Shown piece by piece: positions 1 through 10,100 of a DNA stretch of 64,000 nt (the stretch's first letter is position 1; each line of letters starts with the position of its first letter). The DNA comes from an uncultured virus (IMG/VR IMGVR_UViG_3300031787_008284) (Duplodnaviria; Heunggongvirae; Uroviricota; Caudoviricetes): the IMG/VR virus record IMGVR_UViG_3300031787_008284. One strand, written 5' to 3'. The notes beneath the pieces were generated by a model. It saw only the letters and a program-made list of their open reading frames with translations, ran no database searches and was not told the DNA's origin. The position numbers and the translations under genes are program-made.

Positions 1-468
1 AGATGTAAAGTGTTCAAGCCCAGCATACCTAAGGTTATTCCTAACATCAACATAAGATCCATTTATCTCCTGGATATACTTATGTCCCTTATTAATTATA
101 AAATGGCTACTCTTTGCCTTGGATGTAATATTTTGTACAGGTGCACCAACCTTGCCAAAAAAGCTATAATCCATTGTGATAAAGAATGTAGGATTTCTTA
201 CCAGATCGATTGACTTATTTACACAAATAACATCTTCACCATTTAGAAATGAAAGATTTACATCTTTAATTGAAGGACCACCGCCTAGAATAAAAACTCT
301 TGTAGAACTCTTTGCAGAAAAACTTGTTCTCTTATTTATAGGTACACTAGGTCCATTATTTATTTGTGGTACTTGCCTTTGTGGTTGTACCTGGTTTGTA
401 ACCTGTATTGGCCTATTGGGTTGTACTCTAGTTGGGTTAACAATTATTTTAGGAATTCTCCTTTTCAT
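1..468 (-). CDS. DUF115/Maf-like glycosyltransferase-like protein, runs off the window (not in ORF track)
   Basis: Hand translation from ATG at 468: MKRRIPKIIVNP...RVFILGGGPSIKD...DVICVNKS...FFITMDY, open to the window edge; same motifs as 41925..42734. Confidence 0.7.
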   Translation of the reverse strand, partial: MKRRIPKIIVNPTRVQPNRPIQVTNQVQPQRQVPQINNGPSVPINKRTSFSAKSSTRVFILGGGPSIKDVNLSFLNGEDVICVNKSIDLVRNPTFFITMDYSFFGKVGAPVQNITSKAKSSHFIINKGHKYIQEINGSYVDVRNNLRYAGLEHFTS

Positions 469-503
469 CTGCAGGTTCTTAATTTTATTATTTATCTGTA
501 AGC

Positions 504-534
504 AAAAAAAGAGGATCTGATTACTCAGATCCTC
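504..534 (-). terminator. Intrinsic terminator
   Basis: GAGGATCTGA/TCAGATCCTC stem followed by T7 on the minus strand. Confidence 0.85.
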
Positions 535-559
535 GATCAAAACTAAGATCTTAACCACC

Positions 560-784
560 TTATGCTTTTTCTACTACCGGTTGAATAGTCTCTTCTTGAG
601 TTTCATTAATAACAGGATCCTGGCCATTTTCTTGGTTAACCGGTACAAACGCTTTAATTGCTTTAGAAACTAATTCTGCATCTTCAAGCGTGAATGCTCC
701 TTTTGACTGTGCAATACGAGCGGCCTGGATTAAAACATTGACTGCCTGTGCTTGGGTTAATTCCTGAGGATTTTGATTTTCCAT
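560..784 (-). CDS. Hypothetical protein
   Basis: 74-aa ORF with an upstream TATAAATA motif and a downstream terminator. Confidence 0.75.
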   Translation of the reverse strand: MENQNPQELTQAQAVNVLIQAARIAQSKGAFTLEDAELVSKAIKAFVPVNQENGQDPVINETQEETIQPVVEKA

Positions 785-826
785 ATCTATTGTTTTTTAT
801 TTATATACAAGTTTACTTATCTTGTT

Positions 827-1189
827 TCAAATAATTTCAATAATGTTTTCAGGATCTTTACCAATAGGAACTACAATTGATAAGATACCATTCTCAACAG
901 ATGCCTTTACTTTTTTAACATCAGCATCTTCTGGTAGAGTAAATGTTTTGTCAAAAGCAGAAGTCCAATGATTTTCTTTTTCACAGATAACATTAAGACG
1001 GCCTTTGATGATCTTAACCTTTAGGTCTTCTTTAGTTAAACCAGGTACTGCAATTTCCAACTTATAACCATCATCAGTTTTTTCTGAATAGTGATTACCT
1101 AATGAAGTTACTGTTGTTGACCATGTAGGCCAATCTTTAAATGTGTCCTTTAGCAGATCATCAAAATGATTTGAATTGTAATAAAACAT
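827..1189 (-). CDS. Small heat shock protein (Hsp20/alpha-crystallin)
   Basis: YKLEIAVPGLTKEDLKV...FDKTFTLPEDADVKKVKASVENGILSIVVP. Confidence 0.92.
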   Translation of the reverse strand: MFYYNSNHFDDLLKDTFKDWPTWSTTVTSLGNHYSEKTDDGYKLEIAVPGLTKEDLKVKIIKGRLNVICEKENHWTSAFDKTFTLPEDADVKKVKASVENGILSIVVPIGKDPENIIEII

Positions 1190-1340
1190 AGCTTAATTTT
1201 TTTTTAGTTTTTTATTATAATAGAGTTTCCCCTATTTGTTTATTATAACTATAAAAACCATGCAAAACTATATTTTTAAGAAAACACTACAAAAAATGTC
1301 ATGGATTTCATGAAAACTCAAAAGTGTCTATGACAATAAG

Positions 1341-1484
1341 TCAGCGACCTTGACCTCTATATGGCTTAACGTAATTCTTTGATTTCTTATTCTTAGACTG
1401 TTTAGTCTTAGCCTGAACCCCAGGTCTACATACCTTAGGTTTACTTTTGAAAGAATTTGTTACACCGGCTTTAGCTTTTGCCAT
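1341..1484 (-). CDS. Small, highly basic protein, 47 aa (not in ORF track)
   Basis: Hand translation MAKAKAGVTNSFKSKPKVCRPGVQAKTKQSKNKKSKNYVKPYRGQGR; fills the gap after the endolysin. Confidence 0.75.
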   Translation of the reverse strand: MAKAKAGVTNSFKSKPKVCRPGVQAKTKQSKNKKSKNYVKPYRGQGR

Positions 1485-1501
1485 TTCATATTTTCTATTT
1501 T

Positions 1502-2383
1502 TTAGAGGCTTGTTAACATATCCATCAATTCTTGCTGAGGGAACATATCAACTTTATCTTTTCTTGTATTGGTATGAGTCCAAAGTCCTTTGGCTTTACC
1601 ATAATAAGCATCTTCATTCCATTCAAATGCGGCAGCACCATTCTCCTTAATTAAAGCAGGTAATCCTGATCTAACATCAATGTTGTCTCTTTCAGCAATC
1701 CAAAGAATCCAAAGTCTTAATGATTCAATTTGAGCGTCTGAATAGCGATGCCATATTTTATGACCACGGAACGGCTTTGCTAATTCAACAGTTTGTGATT
1801 GTGTAACTTGAGTACCTGCATATGTTTTACCATTTACTACATACCCAAAATTACATACCTCAATTCCTACTGAATTCTTATGCATTTTTTGAGATCCACA
1901 TTGACCTAAGTGCCATCCATAATTTCCTTCAGGAAATGCTTGGACCATTACACCATCGTACTTATCGTCATTACCTCTAACCGAAGGGCCTCCTAGAACA
2001 AATTCAGTTGCGATTTTTCCACGAGTATCCTTTGCCCAGCTATCAATAGTGTTATAAGGATTATGCCATCCTGCGGTATGGTGAAGGAATACCCATTCAG
2101 GTTTAATAGGACCTGGCAGGTATTCATCAGTAGGCATATAATAGCGATTAACTATTAATCCATTTGATGTCGTATAAACTTTTTCCGAAGCATCAGTAGT
2201 AGCAACACCCATAGCGTTCCAAGTGGCAGGACCCACAATACCATCAGCGGTAAGACCATTTGCGGCTTGCCATTTTTTAACAGCGGCTTCAGTTCCTGGT
2301 CCAAAATTCCCGTCATCTTTAATACCAAGGAATCTTTGTAATTCTTTAACATCATTTCCCTTGGAGCCTTTCTTTAATATCAT
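1502..2383 (-). CDS. Endolysin: peptidoglycan-binding domain plus N-acetylmuramoyl-L-alanine amidase
   Basis: N-terminal LKKGSKGNDVKELQ...DGIVGPATW (PG_binding_1); FLHHTAG, SVGIEVCN, WTH...KVD (Amidase_2). Confidence 0.9.
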   Translation of the reverse strand: MILKKGSKGNDVKELQRFLGIKDDGNFGPGTEAAVKKWQAANGLTADGIVGPATWNAMGVATTDASEKVYTTSNGLIVNRYYMPTDEYLPGPIKPEWVFLHHTAGWHNPYNTIDSWAKDTRGKIATEFVLGGPSVRGNDDKYDGVMVQAFPEGNYGWHLGQCGSQKMHKNSVGIEVCNFGYVVNGKTYAGTQVTQSQTVELAKPFRGHKIWHRYSDAQIESLRLWILWIAERDNIDVRSGLPALIKENGAAAFEWNEDAYYGKAKGLWTHTNTRKDKVDMFPQQELMDMLTSL

Positions 2384-2398
2384 AATGGTTCATTTTTT

Positions 2399-3112
2399 CT
2401 ATTTATTAGGCTTTCCGCCATTTCTTCTTAAATTCTCTTCTTCATAAATATCAATAAGAGTATCAACAATAGGATCTCTGTGATTTTGAAATAGAGTAAT
2501 TGCAGCAAGATGCTTTATTTTCTTTGCGCAATTGTACAAAAATCTAAAGCCGGAGTCACTCTTATTCTTTAAGTCAACCTGGCCATCATCTCCACAGATA
2601 ATCATTTTGGAACGAAGACCTACCCTAGTAACAATCATTTCCATTTGTTCATTGGTAACGTTTTGTGCTTCGTCAACAATAACACACGAGTCAAGAAATG
2701 TTCGGCCTCTCATAAATGAAACTGGCACAATTTCAATTTGACCACTTTGAATAAAGGGATCTATTTTATCCTTACCGTACAAAAGATACATGTTTTGATA
2801 AATTGGTTGTACCCATGGATCCATCTTTTGGTGAAGATCACCTGGTAGGAATCCTATTTCTTCTTTTGATACAGTAGGTCTTGTAATAATTACTTTTTCA
2901 AAATGCCTACGGAATAAACCGTCAAGGGCAATTTGACATGCTAATAGCGTTTTACCACTACCTGCTTTACCAGCAAGGAGTGTTATAGTATTTGCTAAGA
3001 TTATATCTTTTGCAGATTTTTGTTCTTCGTTTAGAGGTATCTTAAATTTTATTGGGTTTTTTATAGTTCGTTTTTCACGAAACACTTCATCATCATAGGT
3101 TCTAGCTGGCAT
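2399..3112 (-). CDS. phoH: PhoH-family ATPase
   Basis: GKAGSGKT, ITRP, GFLPG, FMRGRTF, DEAQN, GDDGQVD. Confidence 0.95.
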   Translation of the reverse strand: MPARTYDDEVFREKRTIKNPIKFKIPLNEEQKSAKDIILANTITLLAGKAGSGKTLLACQIALDGLFRRHFEKVIITRPTVSKEEIGFLPGDLHQKMDPWVQPIYQNMYLLYGKDKIDPFIQSGQIEIVPVSFMRGRTFLDSCVIVDEAQNVTNEQMEMIVTRVGLRSKMIICGDDGQVDLKNKSDSGFRFLYNCAKKIKHLAAITLFQNHRDPIVDTLIDIYEEENLRRNGGKPNK

Positions 3113-3154
3113 ACCTTTTTATTTTTTTGAGTTAATAAGTTCATAAGTATATAC

Positions 3155-3820
3155 TTATGGCTTAGGATTGTAATGTTTAACTGGGGAGATTTCTTGTTTG
3201 GACGCCACTACATCTTCTTTAGTTTCAGTGACTTCAGGTGTTATGGTAACATGACCTACCTTTGAATCACCTATGATAGATGAGGCTTCCACTTTTTCTT
3301 CCACTACAGTAAGGGCTTCTATTTGTGGTTCTGTAGGTACCTCGGCCGGTTTATTTTCAATTGCCGCCTGTAGAGGTTCCTCAGTTTTTTCAGGTCTAAT
3401 ATAATCAACCAATGATTTAATGAATCCTAGAGCCACAATAGGTAATACGGCTCCACTCACAATTGAGAGAATTCTTTTTTGGAATATAGGCTCTTCCTCT
3501 TCAAGACCAAACAGTTCTATCCAAGGCATATAGTTTTCAAGATTTACAAATGCATGAAATGAATTTGCCATCATTTGGAATCCGGTTAAAAGTAGGAATA
3601 GAGTCCATACCATTGTTTTATTTGTCTTATCCAAGATAATAATAGCAGCAAGAGAAGCAGCTGCACCCAATTCAAATCCAATAGCAAGAGCCCAGTTCAT
3701 AATGCCATTATGAGCTAGGTCAAAAAATGCAACAGAGTTAATCATAGAGATTGTAGCTACTAAGAAATAAAGACTACAAAAGATACCTATGATAAAATAA
3801 TGAACGAGTTTATTTTTCAT
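3155..3820 (-). CDS. Membrane protein (about 4 TM helices)
   Basis: Four hydrophobic segments followed by an acidic low-complexity tail. Confidence 0.7.
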   Translation of the reverse strand: MKNKLVHYFIIGIFCSLYFLVATISMINSVAFFDLAHNGIMNWALAIGFELGAAASLAAIIILDKTNKTMVWTLFLLLTGFQMMANSFHAFVNLENYMPWIELFGLEEEEPIFQKRILSIVSGAVLPIVALGFIKSLVDYIRPEKTEEPLQAAIENKPAEVPTEPQIEALTVVEEKVEASSIIGDSKVGHVTITPEVTETKEDVVASKQEISPVKHYNPKP

Positions 3821-3915
3821 GACTTAGTTTTAATATTTATTTCAGATTAAATCTGTGTGTATCCGTAATATACTATTTAACCAACCACCTTTCCATTCAA
3901 AATTATTCATCTATA

Positions 3916-6192
3916 TTAATAAATTTTAGTTAGCACGAATATATCGGTGTAAATACTATTATTTGCATTGTTGCTAGACCACTGTGCGGTTACATCCAGA
4001 GTATTAGATGTTGTGGTATCAAATGTTGTAGTATTAATTGTATTAAAACCAAAACCTTCTTGTGAACCGCTTGCAAGTTTAAGAATATGCATTTGACCTA
4101 ATGTTGCTATTCCAGCAGTACCAGCACCACCTATAGCTCTAATTGTAAAATCTATTGTTAGATTCCACACCTGGTTAGTTATACCGCTACCAGGCATAGT
4201 TAATGGCCCGCTATCTGCAAGAACCACACTTCCACTTTTAATTCTAAGTCTAAGTGTATTACCATTTTGGGCAGACATAATACCACTCATATTTGCGGTA
4301 AAACTATCACCTACTGCAAATCCATTAGCAGGAACAGATAAAGTTCCAACCCCACTGCCTAAAATACTCAACTCCGTTGTAGTGGCTGTAACTGGAGTTG
4401 AGTTTGCTATCTGTGAAAATAGGCCTGCGCTGGAACTTGCCTGTGGGCCAGTTGATCCAATAAATCCAGTTGATCCTATTAGTCCAGTTGCTCCAGTAAA
4501 ACCTTGCGGACCAGTTGGGCCAGGTATTCCGTTTAAACCGGATGTGCCAGTTGCACCGGTGGCTCCAGTAAAACCCGTTCCAGTGGCTCCAGTAAAACCT
4601 GTTCCAGTTGCTCCAATTAGACCCGGATCCCCTTGGGTTCCAGTGGCCCCAGTAGAACCCATTCCAGTTGCTCCAATAAAACCCATTCCAGTTGCTCCAA
4701 TTAGACCTGGGTCACCTTGAGCACCAGTTGCGCCAGTAGAACCTAAACCTGTTGCTCCAATAAAACCTGGATCACCCTGGGTTCCAGTTGCACCAGGATC
4801 GCCCTGTGTGCCAGTTGCGCCGGTTGCACCTTTTTGCGTATATGTTACTTGTTGAGCAGTTAAAATTACAGATGGTACAGCTGGGCGAGTAGGACTAAAT
4901 GTTACGGGTATGTACGTAAGTTCAATATCAGTATTAGGACATGACCAATAGAGTTCAATGTAGTCTCCTGCATTTAGTTTTAGTTGATAATTCCATGCAG
5001 CAACATCCTTTGCCCCAGAGCTCGGTCCTGAAATGAACAAAATGGTGTTAGAGTCAGGGATTGATACTCCATTTTTTGCAAACCAAATATCAACCTCTGC
5101 CGCTAAAGGAGCGGCAAGTATTCTATTAACCTGTGCAGAAAATTGTATATTATAAACACCTTCATATGCAAATGTTAGTTCCGTGTTATTTTGAATAGAA
5201 ACACCATTTGAATCTGGGTCAGTGTTATTAAATGACATTACATTAACGGCATTAGGTGTTGGATTGGTTTGTGTTTGTGTACTCCAAAAACTACCCCAAT
5301 AACCTAATGTACCACCTGCACCTTGGGGGCCGGTTGCACCTATACCGGTTGCACCAATAAATCCTTGATTACCTTGCGATCCGGTTGAACCAGTAAATCC
5401 TTGATTACCTTGCGATCCGGTTGAACCAGTAAATCCTTGAGTTCCTGTTGCACCAGTTGAACCAGTAAATCCTTGATTACCTTGCGATCCGGTTGAACCA
5501 GTAAATCCTTGTGTTCCTGTTGCACCAGTTGAGCCTTCTCCAGCCAAACCTTGCACACCAGTTGCCCCGTGAATACCTGTTGCTCCAGTTGATCCTATTG
5601 CGTATCCTATACCACTACTACCAGGCTGAGGTGGAATGTATCCAGGAAAACATCCGCTATCTCCACCGTTTTTTGCAATTTTTGAATTAAGAATATTTGC
5701 AATTAGTAAACATGGAATGCCAAACGTTTCACCATCCGCTCCGGTTGGTGTAGGTACTCCAGTTAAAATTCCTTGCTCACCTGTTAATAAACATTCCTTT
5801 AATATGATCTCTGCAGAAACAGCACCAGGTGAAGTTAATGTACAGTTAGTTGATAAGCATATTCTAACAAGACCCTTATTTACAATATGACCACCTGTTG
5901 TAGTGTATTGTAAAATCTCAATATCAAATCCTTTTGATCCAGTAGGAACACCAGGATACCAAAAATTTGCAACAACGCATTCAAATTCATTCGTTAATTG
6001 AATTTGCATTTCGCAAAAACGATCTAGGTCAAGAGGTTGACCATCAGCACCAAAAAACTGAATATCAATACACGCGGATGTACCTTGCATTATATACTTA
6101 ATGCAATCTACTTGTGCTATAATTCTACCGCAAATGGTAAGAGCACACGATGGATCACTTGGCGTTGGTACACCTGGTATGATATTTGCCAT
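3916..6192 (-). CDS. Collagen-like repeat protein, probable fibre or virion appendage
   Basis: Two G-X-Y blocks (GATG/GSTG/GFTG) separated by globular beta-rich domains. Confidence 0.8.
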   Translation of the reverse strand: MANIIPGVPTPSDPSCALTICGRIIAQVDCIKYIMQGTSACIDIQFFGADGQPLDLDRFCEMQIQLTNEFECVVANFWYPGVPTGSKGFDIEILQYTTTGGHIVNKGLVRICLSTNCTLTSPGAVSAEIILKECLLTGEQGILTGVPTPTGADGETFGIPCLLIANILNSKIAKNGGDSGCFPGYIPPQPGSSGIGYAIGSTGATGIHGATGVQGLAGEGSTGATGTQGFTGSTGSQGNQGFTGSTGATGTQGFTGSTGSQGNQGFTGSTGSQGNQGFIGATGIGATGPQGAGGTLGYWGSFWSTQTQTNPTPNAVNVMSFNNTDPDSNGVSIQNNTELTFAYEGVYNIQFSAQVNRILAAPLAAEVDIWFAKNGVSIPDSNTILFISGPSSGAKDVAAWNYQLKLNAGDYIELYWSCPNTDIELTYIPVTFSPTRPAVPSVILTAQQVTYTQKGATGATGTQGDPGATGTQGDPGFIGATGLGSTGATGAQGDPGLIGATGMGFIGATGMGSTGATGTQGDPGLIGATGTGFTGATGTGFTGATGATGTSGLNGIPGPTGPQGFTGATGLIGSTGFIGSTGPQASSSAGLFSQIANSTPVTATTTELSILGSGVGTLSVPANGFAVGDSFTANMSGIMSAQNGNTLRLRIKSGSVVLADSGPLTMPGSGITNQVWNLTIDFTIRAIGGAGTAGIATLGQMHILKLASGSQEGFGFNTINTTTFDTTTSNTLDVTAQWSSNNANNSIYTDIFVLTKIY
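5350..5530. repeat. Imperfect tandem DNA repeats encoding collagen-like triplets
   Basis: Recurrent AAATCCTTGATTACCTTGCGATCCGGTTGAACCAGT units. Confidence 0.8.
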
Positions 6193-6479
6193 TATTTACC
6201 TTGTAATATTTTGATCTCTTTTTCAATTTCGTTTTGACGCTGTACATCCAACATCTTACGATCTGTTGCTTGGATCATTCTTTTCTCTGCATTTAAGCCT
6301 TCAATCTTTACATCAGCCGCAGAGGGAAGCTTATTAATCAATTCAGTGTTTGCTTTAGATTCCTTTTTAAGTCTCTCTAATTCGCTATCAACTCCGCATG
6401 ATTTAAAGTACAAAAGAATCAAAAGAACTGTGATAACTTTTGATCCATTTTTTGCAAAAAATAAATTAATCTTTTCCAT
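6192..6479 (-). CDS. Single-TM coiled-coil protein, spanin-like candidate
   Basis: Probable start MEKINLFF at 6479; TM segment ending FKSC, then a coiled coil. Confidence 0.5.
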   Translation of the reverse strand: MEKINLFFAKNGSKVITVLLILLYFKSCGVDSELERLKKESKANTELINKLPSAADVKIEGLNAEKRMIQATDRKMLDVQRQNEIEKEIKILQGK

Positions 6480-6483
6480 ATCT

Positions 6484-6789
6484 TTACTTTGTTTTGAATT
6501 CTTGTTTTGCTTTACTCTTCTCTTTTTTACCTGGAGGTACTCTATGGTAATTTTGAGTTGACCAAGGATCATCTTCCTGACATTGACAATCGTCTTTATG
6601 TTCACTGCATCGTGGGCAATAATCAGATTTATCGTCTAAGTAATCTTGTGCATCCTTTTCGGTCTTTTTATCTGATTCATTATCAGTTTCAATGTCCTCA
6701 ATATGCTTAGCTGCCTTATGTCTAGTTTGGTCTAATTCCTCAGATAGAAATCTAGCAAAAAAAGTCTCGAATGTCTGAATATGTTTCAT
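6484..6789 (-). CDS. Hypothetical protein with capsid-targeting-like N-terminus and Cys cluster
   Basis: Begins MKHIQTFETF; CPRC...CQC. Confidence 0.7.
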   Translation of the reverse strand: MKHIQTFETFFARFLSEELDQTRHKAAKHIEDIETDNESDKKTEKDAQDYLDDKSDYCPRCSEHKDDCQCQEDDPWSTQNYHRVPPGKKEKSKAKQEFKTK

Positions 6790-6796
6790 ATTACGT

Positions 6797-7630
6797 TTAC
6801 TTTTTTACTACCAATGCGGCATCTCCAGGTTCTACACCACCATATTTAAGATTTTTGGCTGAATAGTCTGTGTTGTATTCTGGAGTAGATGTTTTAGCAG
6901 GATCTTCGATCCACACAATTACCACACCGTCTTTATATGCGCATGCTTTCAATACTCCCCAAGTTTCTTCCTTTACAGGGCTCTCTTTTCTGTATTGGTC
7001 TCTAACAGCGTCAATTGCAGTGTTGTCATCGGGTCCGTGCTTAAGGTATTTAGTAACCTTGGCACCAACCACAGATTCAATAAAACTTGCAAGTTCTCTT
7101 ACAACATCACCTCTCCCACTTACATAATCATTCACAAGTCGGTCAGCAAAAGCTCTTACAGAAGAAGCAGGACCTGGTTGTACAGGTATCAGTTCAGGTG
7201 TGTAAGAATCGTAAAGTTTATCTAGCAATGCAATTGTCTTGTTGATTGCTGCAACTGCTTCAGATTCATTTGATACTTGCATTACAAGAGGATGAGAGTA
7301 TCTAAACTTAACAAGCTTGAACCCTATACCTTCCATTGCCCTTTCGAACTCTTTGAGGAAAGACGCGTCAATCTTTCCGCTCTTATCTCCGCGTTTCCAG
7401 TTAGTCAAATTCCGAATTGCTTTGTCTATTTCGGGAGATCTCAAGAAGCTGTCTTTGTCGCGAATGTCGGCAAAATCTTGTTTATCCGAAGGAGCTACTG
7501 CAGCTTCCAGGCTGTGGCCTCCTCCGTATTGTTGTCTCAAATTGATCTGAAGGAAGTATGGTCCTCCAGACACTGCTTCATTTAATATGCTTTCATTTAA
7601 GAAGCTCTCGAATGTTTGTATGTGTTTCAT
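6797..7630 (-). CDS. Probable internal head protein
   Basis: Begins MKHIQTFESFLNESILNEA; late-type promoter motif upstream. Confidence 0.6.
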   Translation of the reverse strand: MKHIQTFESFLNESILNEAVSGGPYFLQINLRQQYGGGHSLEAAVAPSDKQDFADIRDKDSFLRSPEIDKAIRNLTNWKRGDKSGKIDASFLKEFERAMEGIGFKLVKFRYSHPLVMQVSNESEAVAAINKTIALLDKLYDSYTPELIPVQPGPASSVRAFADRLVNDYVSGRGDVVRELASFIESVVGAKVTKYLKHGPDDNTAIDAVRDQYRKESPVKEETWGVLKACAYKDGVVIVWIEDPAKTSTPEYNTDYSAKNLKYGGVEPGDAALVVKK

Positions 7631-7646
7631 TCATTATTTTGTTTTT

Positions 7647-8390
7647 TTATATATTCTGAGGTAATGGATTGAGTTTATGATACTCCTTTACTAGGGATAA
7701 GAATTTCTTACCATATTCTTGAATATCATCCCAGGTAAGTTCAAAAACCTGAGGCTCATCATTTTCTACACCTATCCAGATTTCTCCACCGTCCGGTTTT
7801 TTACCGGTCATTTCCCAATATGCTAGAAAATATGCAGCAATCTGCATAAAATAGTTTTCTATCCATTCTTTTTTCTTTCTCTTACGAGATGTCTTAAAGT
7901 CTAGAATGAGTAGATGAGATAAAACATTCTCGTAAATATTATCTACTCTACCTGCATACCCTCCCATCTGGTGGGAGTAGATCGTCTCCTCGATACTTAT
8001 AACCTTACCAATCTTACTGAAGAGATCATTATTATAAAAACTATAGAATAATTTTCTGCCAACCTCTAATTCATCTTCAGTAAAACCTTCTGCTTCAACA
8101 AAAGTAATGATTTTTTCCTGTGCTTCTCTAAGCCTTTCTTTTTGAGTTTCTTTTTCTGAACCTAAATAATATTCAATCATTTGATGCATGATTGTACCAC
8201 GATTAGCAGAAAACTTAGAGATCTTATCTGCCTCGGCTTCACCAATGTTTTTTCTCCACTTATCAAGTCCAGATGAATCTGTCATTGATCCTAAGATGGT
8301 TGTAACTGATGGGTACTTATGTTCACCTATAACATAGTATCGTTTTCCATTTATTGTCTCGGTCTGTAAAAGAGATTCTTTTGTTGCCAT
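7647..8390 (-). CDS. PD-(D/E)XK exonuclease
   Basis: YPSVTTIL, RGTIMH, AGRVD, ILDFKTS, YFMQIAAY. Confidence 0.9.
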   Translation of the reverse strand: MATKESLLQTETINGKRYYVIGEHKYPSVTTILGSMTDSSGLDKWRKNIGEAEADKISKFSANRGTIMHQMIEYYLGSEKETQKERLREAQEKIITFVEAEGFTEDELEVGRKLFYSFYNNDLFSKIGKVISIEETIYSHQMGGYAGRVDNIYENVLSHLLILDFKTSRKRKKKEWIENYFMQIAAYFLAYWEMTGKKPDGGEIWIGVENDEPQVFELTWDDIQEYGKKFLSLVKEYHKLNPLPQNI

Positions 8391-8394
8391 GTTT

Positions 8395-8835
8395 TTAGAA
8401 TAACCAATTAAAGGCAGAAGTAATGCTGCCCCAATAACTGGAAAGTAAAAGATATACTAATCTTAATAATAAGAAAAGTCCGCCTGTCTTAAATAATGAT
8501 ATAAGAAATGGCCAAAGCTTAATATAGTCTCTATCGGGTGATAGGATTAAAAGATATGCTTCAGCATCTTGTAAATCAACTAGTTCTGGTGCAATAGCAT
8601 CGGCTATTCCCATATTAAGAAACATCGAGTCATATTCACGAAGTTTCATAAGTACATAACCTTCTCTGGAAAATGGTTGATTAACCACTTCTTCAGGCAG
8701 ATTAATAACGGTATAAATTCTACCGACCCAATCTACCCTAAAGCCATTTTCTTTTAGGAGCCCCTCATTTTCCAATGCAATAGCTCTTACCTTTCGCCAG
8801 ATGTTTATTTCATTGATGAGATTAAAAATATACAT
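8395..8835 (-). CDS. Hypothetical protein with C-terminal TM
   Basis: 146-aa ORF in operon context. Confidence 0.7.
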   Translation of the reverse strand: MYIFNLINEINIWRKVRAIALENEGLLKENGFRVDWVGRIYTVINLPEEVVNQPFSREGYVLMKLREYDSMFLNMGIADAIAPELVDLQDAEAYLLILSPDRDYIKLWPFLISLFKTGGLFLLLRLVYLLLSSYWGSITSAFNWLF

Positions 8836-8854
8836 AGTTCTTTATTTTATCTAT

Positions 8855-9481
8855 TTATGCTTCAGAAAAGAGTTTCATTTTCTCTAACTGTTTCTGAATT
8901 ATTTTTCTACCTCGGAAAATGCGATTCTTTACCGTCTGTAGATTGATATCTTTTTCATGTTCTACCATGATATCAAGAATATCGTTATATGATTTATGAT
9001 TAAGGAATCTCTCTATCATGTATCTCTTATACATTGGAGGTAATGCATTAATCGCTTCTTTAGTTAGTCTTACCTGTTCGGTTAAGATATCTTCCTCTGC
9101 CCAGAAATCATCCTCGGTTTTTACATGCATTTCTGGTTCAAGGAAACCATCTCTTGCCGGAGGTTCAACACCTGCATCGGTAAATACATTAATACTTATC
9201 TTTTTATTGCGGAACCTAATCCATCCAATGCATTCATTATATGCAATACGATAGGCCCATGTAGTTATTTGGTAAGATTCATCATATTGATCAATCTTTA
9301 AGTAAACATTTGTTAATGTGGTTGATACAATATCATCAGCCACCGCCGGATCTCTTACGATGTTATTTACATAAGACCATAATCCTGGTCTCATCTTTTT
9401 GTAAAGTTCATTGTAAATTCTTTCTGAGCGAGTTTTCTTAAACTCAATTGCCAGTTCTTTGTAGGTTTTAGATTTTGCCAT
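8855..9481 (-). CDS. ECF-like sigma-70 family RNA polymerase sigma factor
   Basis: Probable start MAKSK at 9481; region 2 ADDIVSTTLTNVYLKIDQYD...ITTWAYRIAYN; region 4 AINALPP...TVKNRIFRGRK. Confidence 0.88.
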   Translation of the reverse strand: MAKSKTYKELAIEFKKTRSERIYNELYKKMRPGLWSYVNNIVRDPAVADDIVSTTLTNVYLKIDQYDESYQITTWAYRIAYNECIGWIRFRNKKISINVFTDAGVEPPARDGFLEPEMHVKTEDDFWAEEDILTEQVRLTKEAINALPPMYKRYMIERFLNHKSYNDILDIMVEHEKDINLQTVKNRIFRGRKIIQKQLEKMKLFSEA

Positions 9482-10013
9482 TTGTAAATTCTTTAATTGC
9501 CGAAAATTTAATTGGTGAATAATTCCAAAAATCAATGCAAACGTTTACACGATTGGATGATCTTAGATCTGTCTTATGTGAAAAGACGGTATGTCCATGA
9601 AAATGAATAGTCCCTGATGATTTTCCATTCCATACTTCCAACGGATAGTGACAGAGAATAGAATCAAATTGAGGAAGTTCAATAATTTGTTGATCAAGAA
9701 CCTCAACGTTTTCAAACTCATCGGCTACTTCCAGTAGAGATTCATCAGAATTTCCAATCATGAAAAAGATTTTGCCTTTAAGCTTTTTCAAAACAGTTCT
9801 TGCGGTATGTGGATCCCACGCAAAATTACCTAAGTGAAAAACGAGGTCAGATGATTTGACCTGCTTATTCCAGTTTTTGATGAATTGATCATTCATATCA
9901 TCAATACTTGAAAACTGGGTACGCCTTGCAATATCAAGGATTTGTGGCCTTCCAAACCACGTATCCGATGTAATGTAAAAATCAGAGATTTCTCTTAATT
10001 GTTCTTCAGACAT
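9468..10013 (-). CDS. Calcineurin-like metallophosphoesterase with degenerate metal ligands
   Basis: ITSDTWFG, WNKQV, HLGNFA, IGNSD, LCHYP, HFHGH. Confidence 0.8.
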   Translation of the reverse strand: MSEEQLREISDFYITSDTWFGRPQILDIARRTQFSSIDDMNDQFIKNWNKQVKSSDLVFHLGNFAWDPHTARTVLKKLKGKIFFMIGNSDESLLEVADEFENVEVLDQQIIELPQFDSILCHYPLEVWNGKSSGTIHFHGHTVFSHKTDLRSSNRVNVCIDFWNYSPIKFSAIKEFTNGKI

Positions 10014-10051
10014 ATCATTGTTTTAAGACAGTATAAAAATACCATCAGTAC

Positions 10052-10081
10052 AAATATAAAACAAAAAAACGAGATTTGAAA
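10052..10081 (-). promoter_or_regulatory. Bipartite promoter-like motif TTTCA-N17-TTATATTT (also at 17573, 20388, 21960, 40699)
   Basis: Five copies with identical spacing, each just upstream of a gene or RNA start. Confidence 0.7.
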
Positions 10082-10100
10082 ATTTTTCGTAGACTTTTTT

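Noticed and set aside
3842..3910. 22-codon ORF MNNFEWKGGWLNSILRIHTDLI between the fibre and membrane protein genes
   Set aside because: Too short, with no associated structure or homology evidence; may be a gene remnant.
7647..8390. Cas4 of a CRISPR system
   Set aside because: No Fe-S cysteine cluster and no array; a standard phage PD-(D/E)XK exonuclease.
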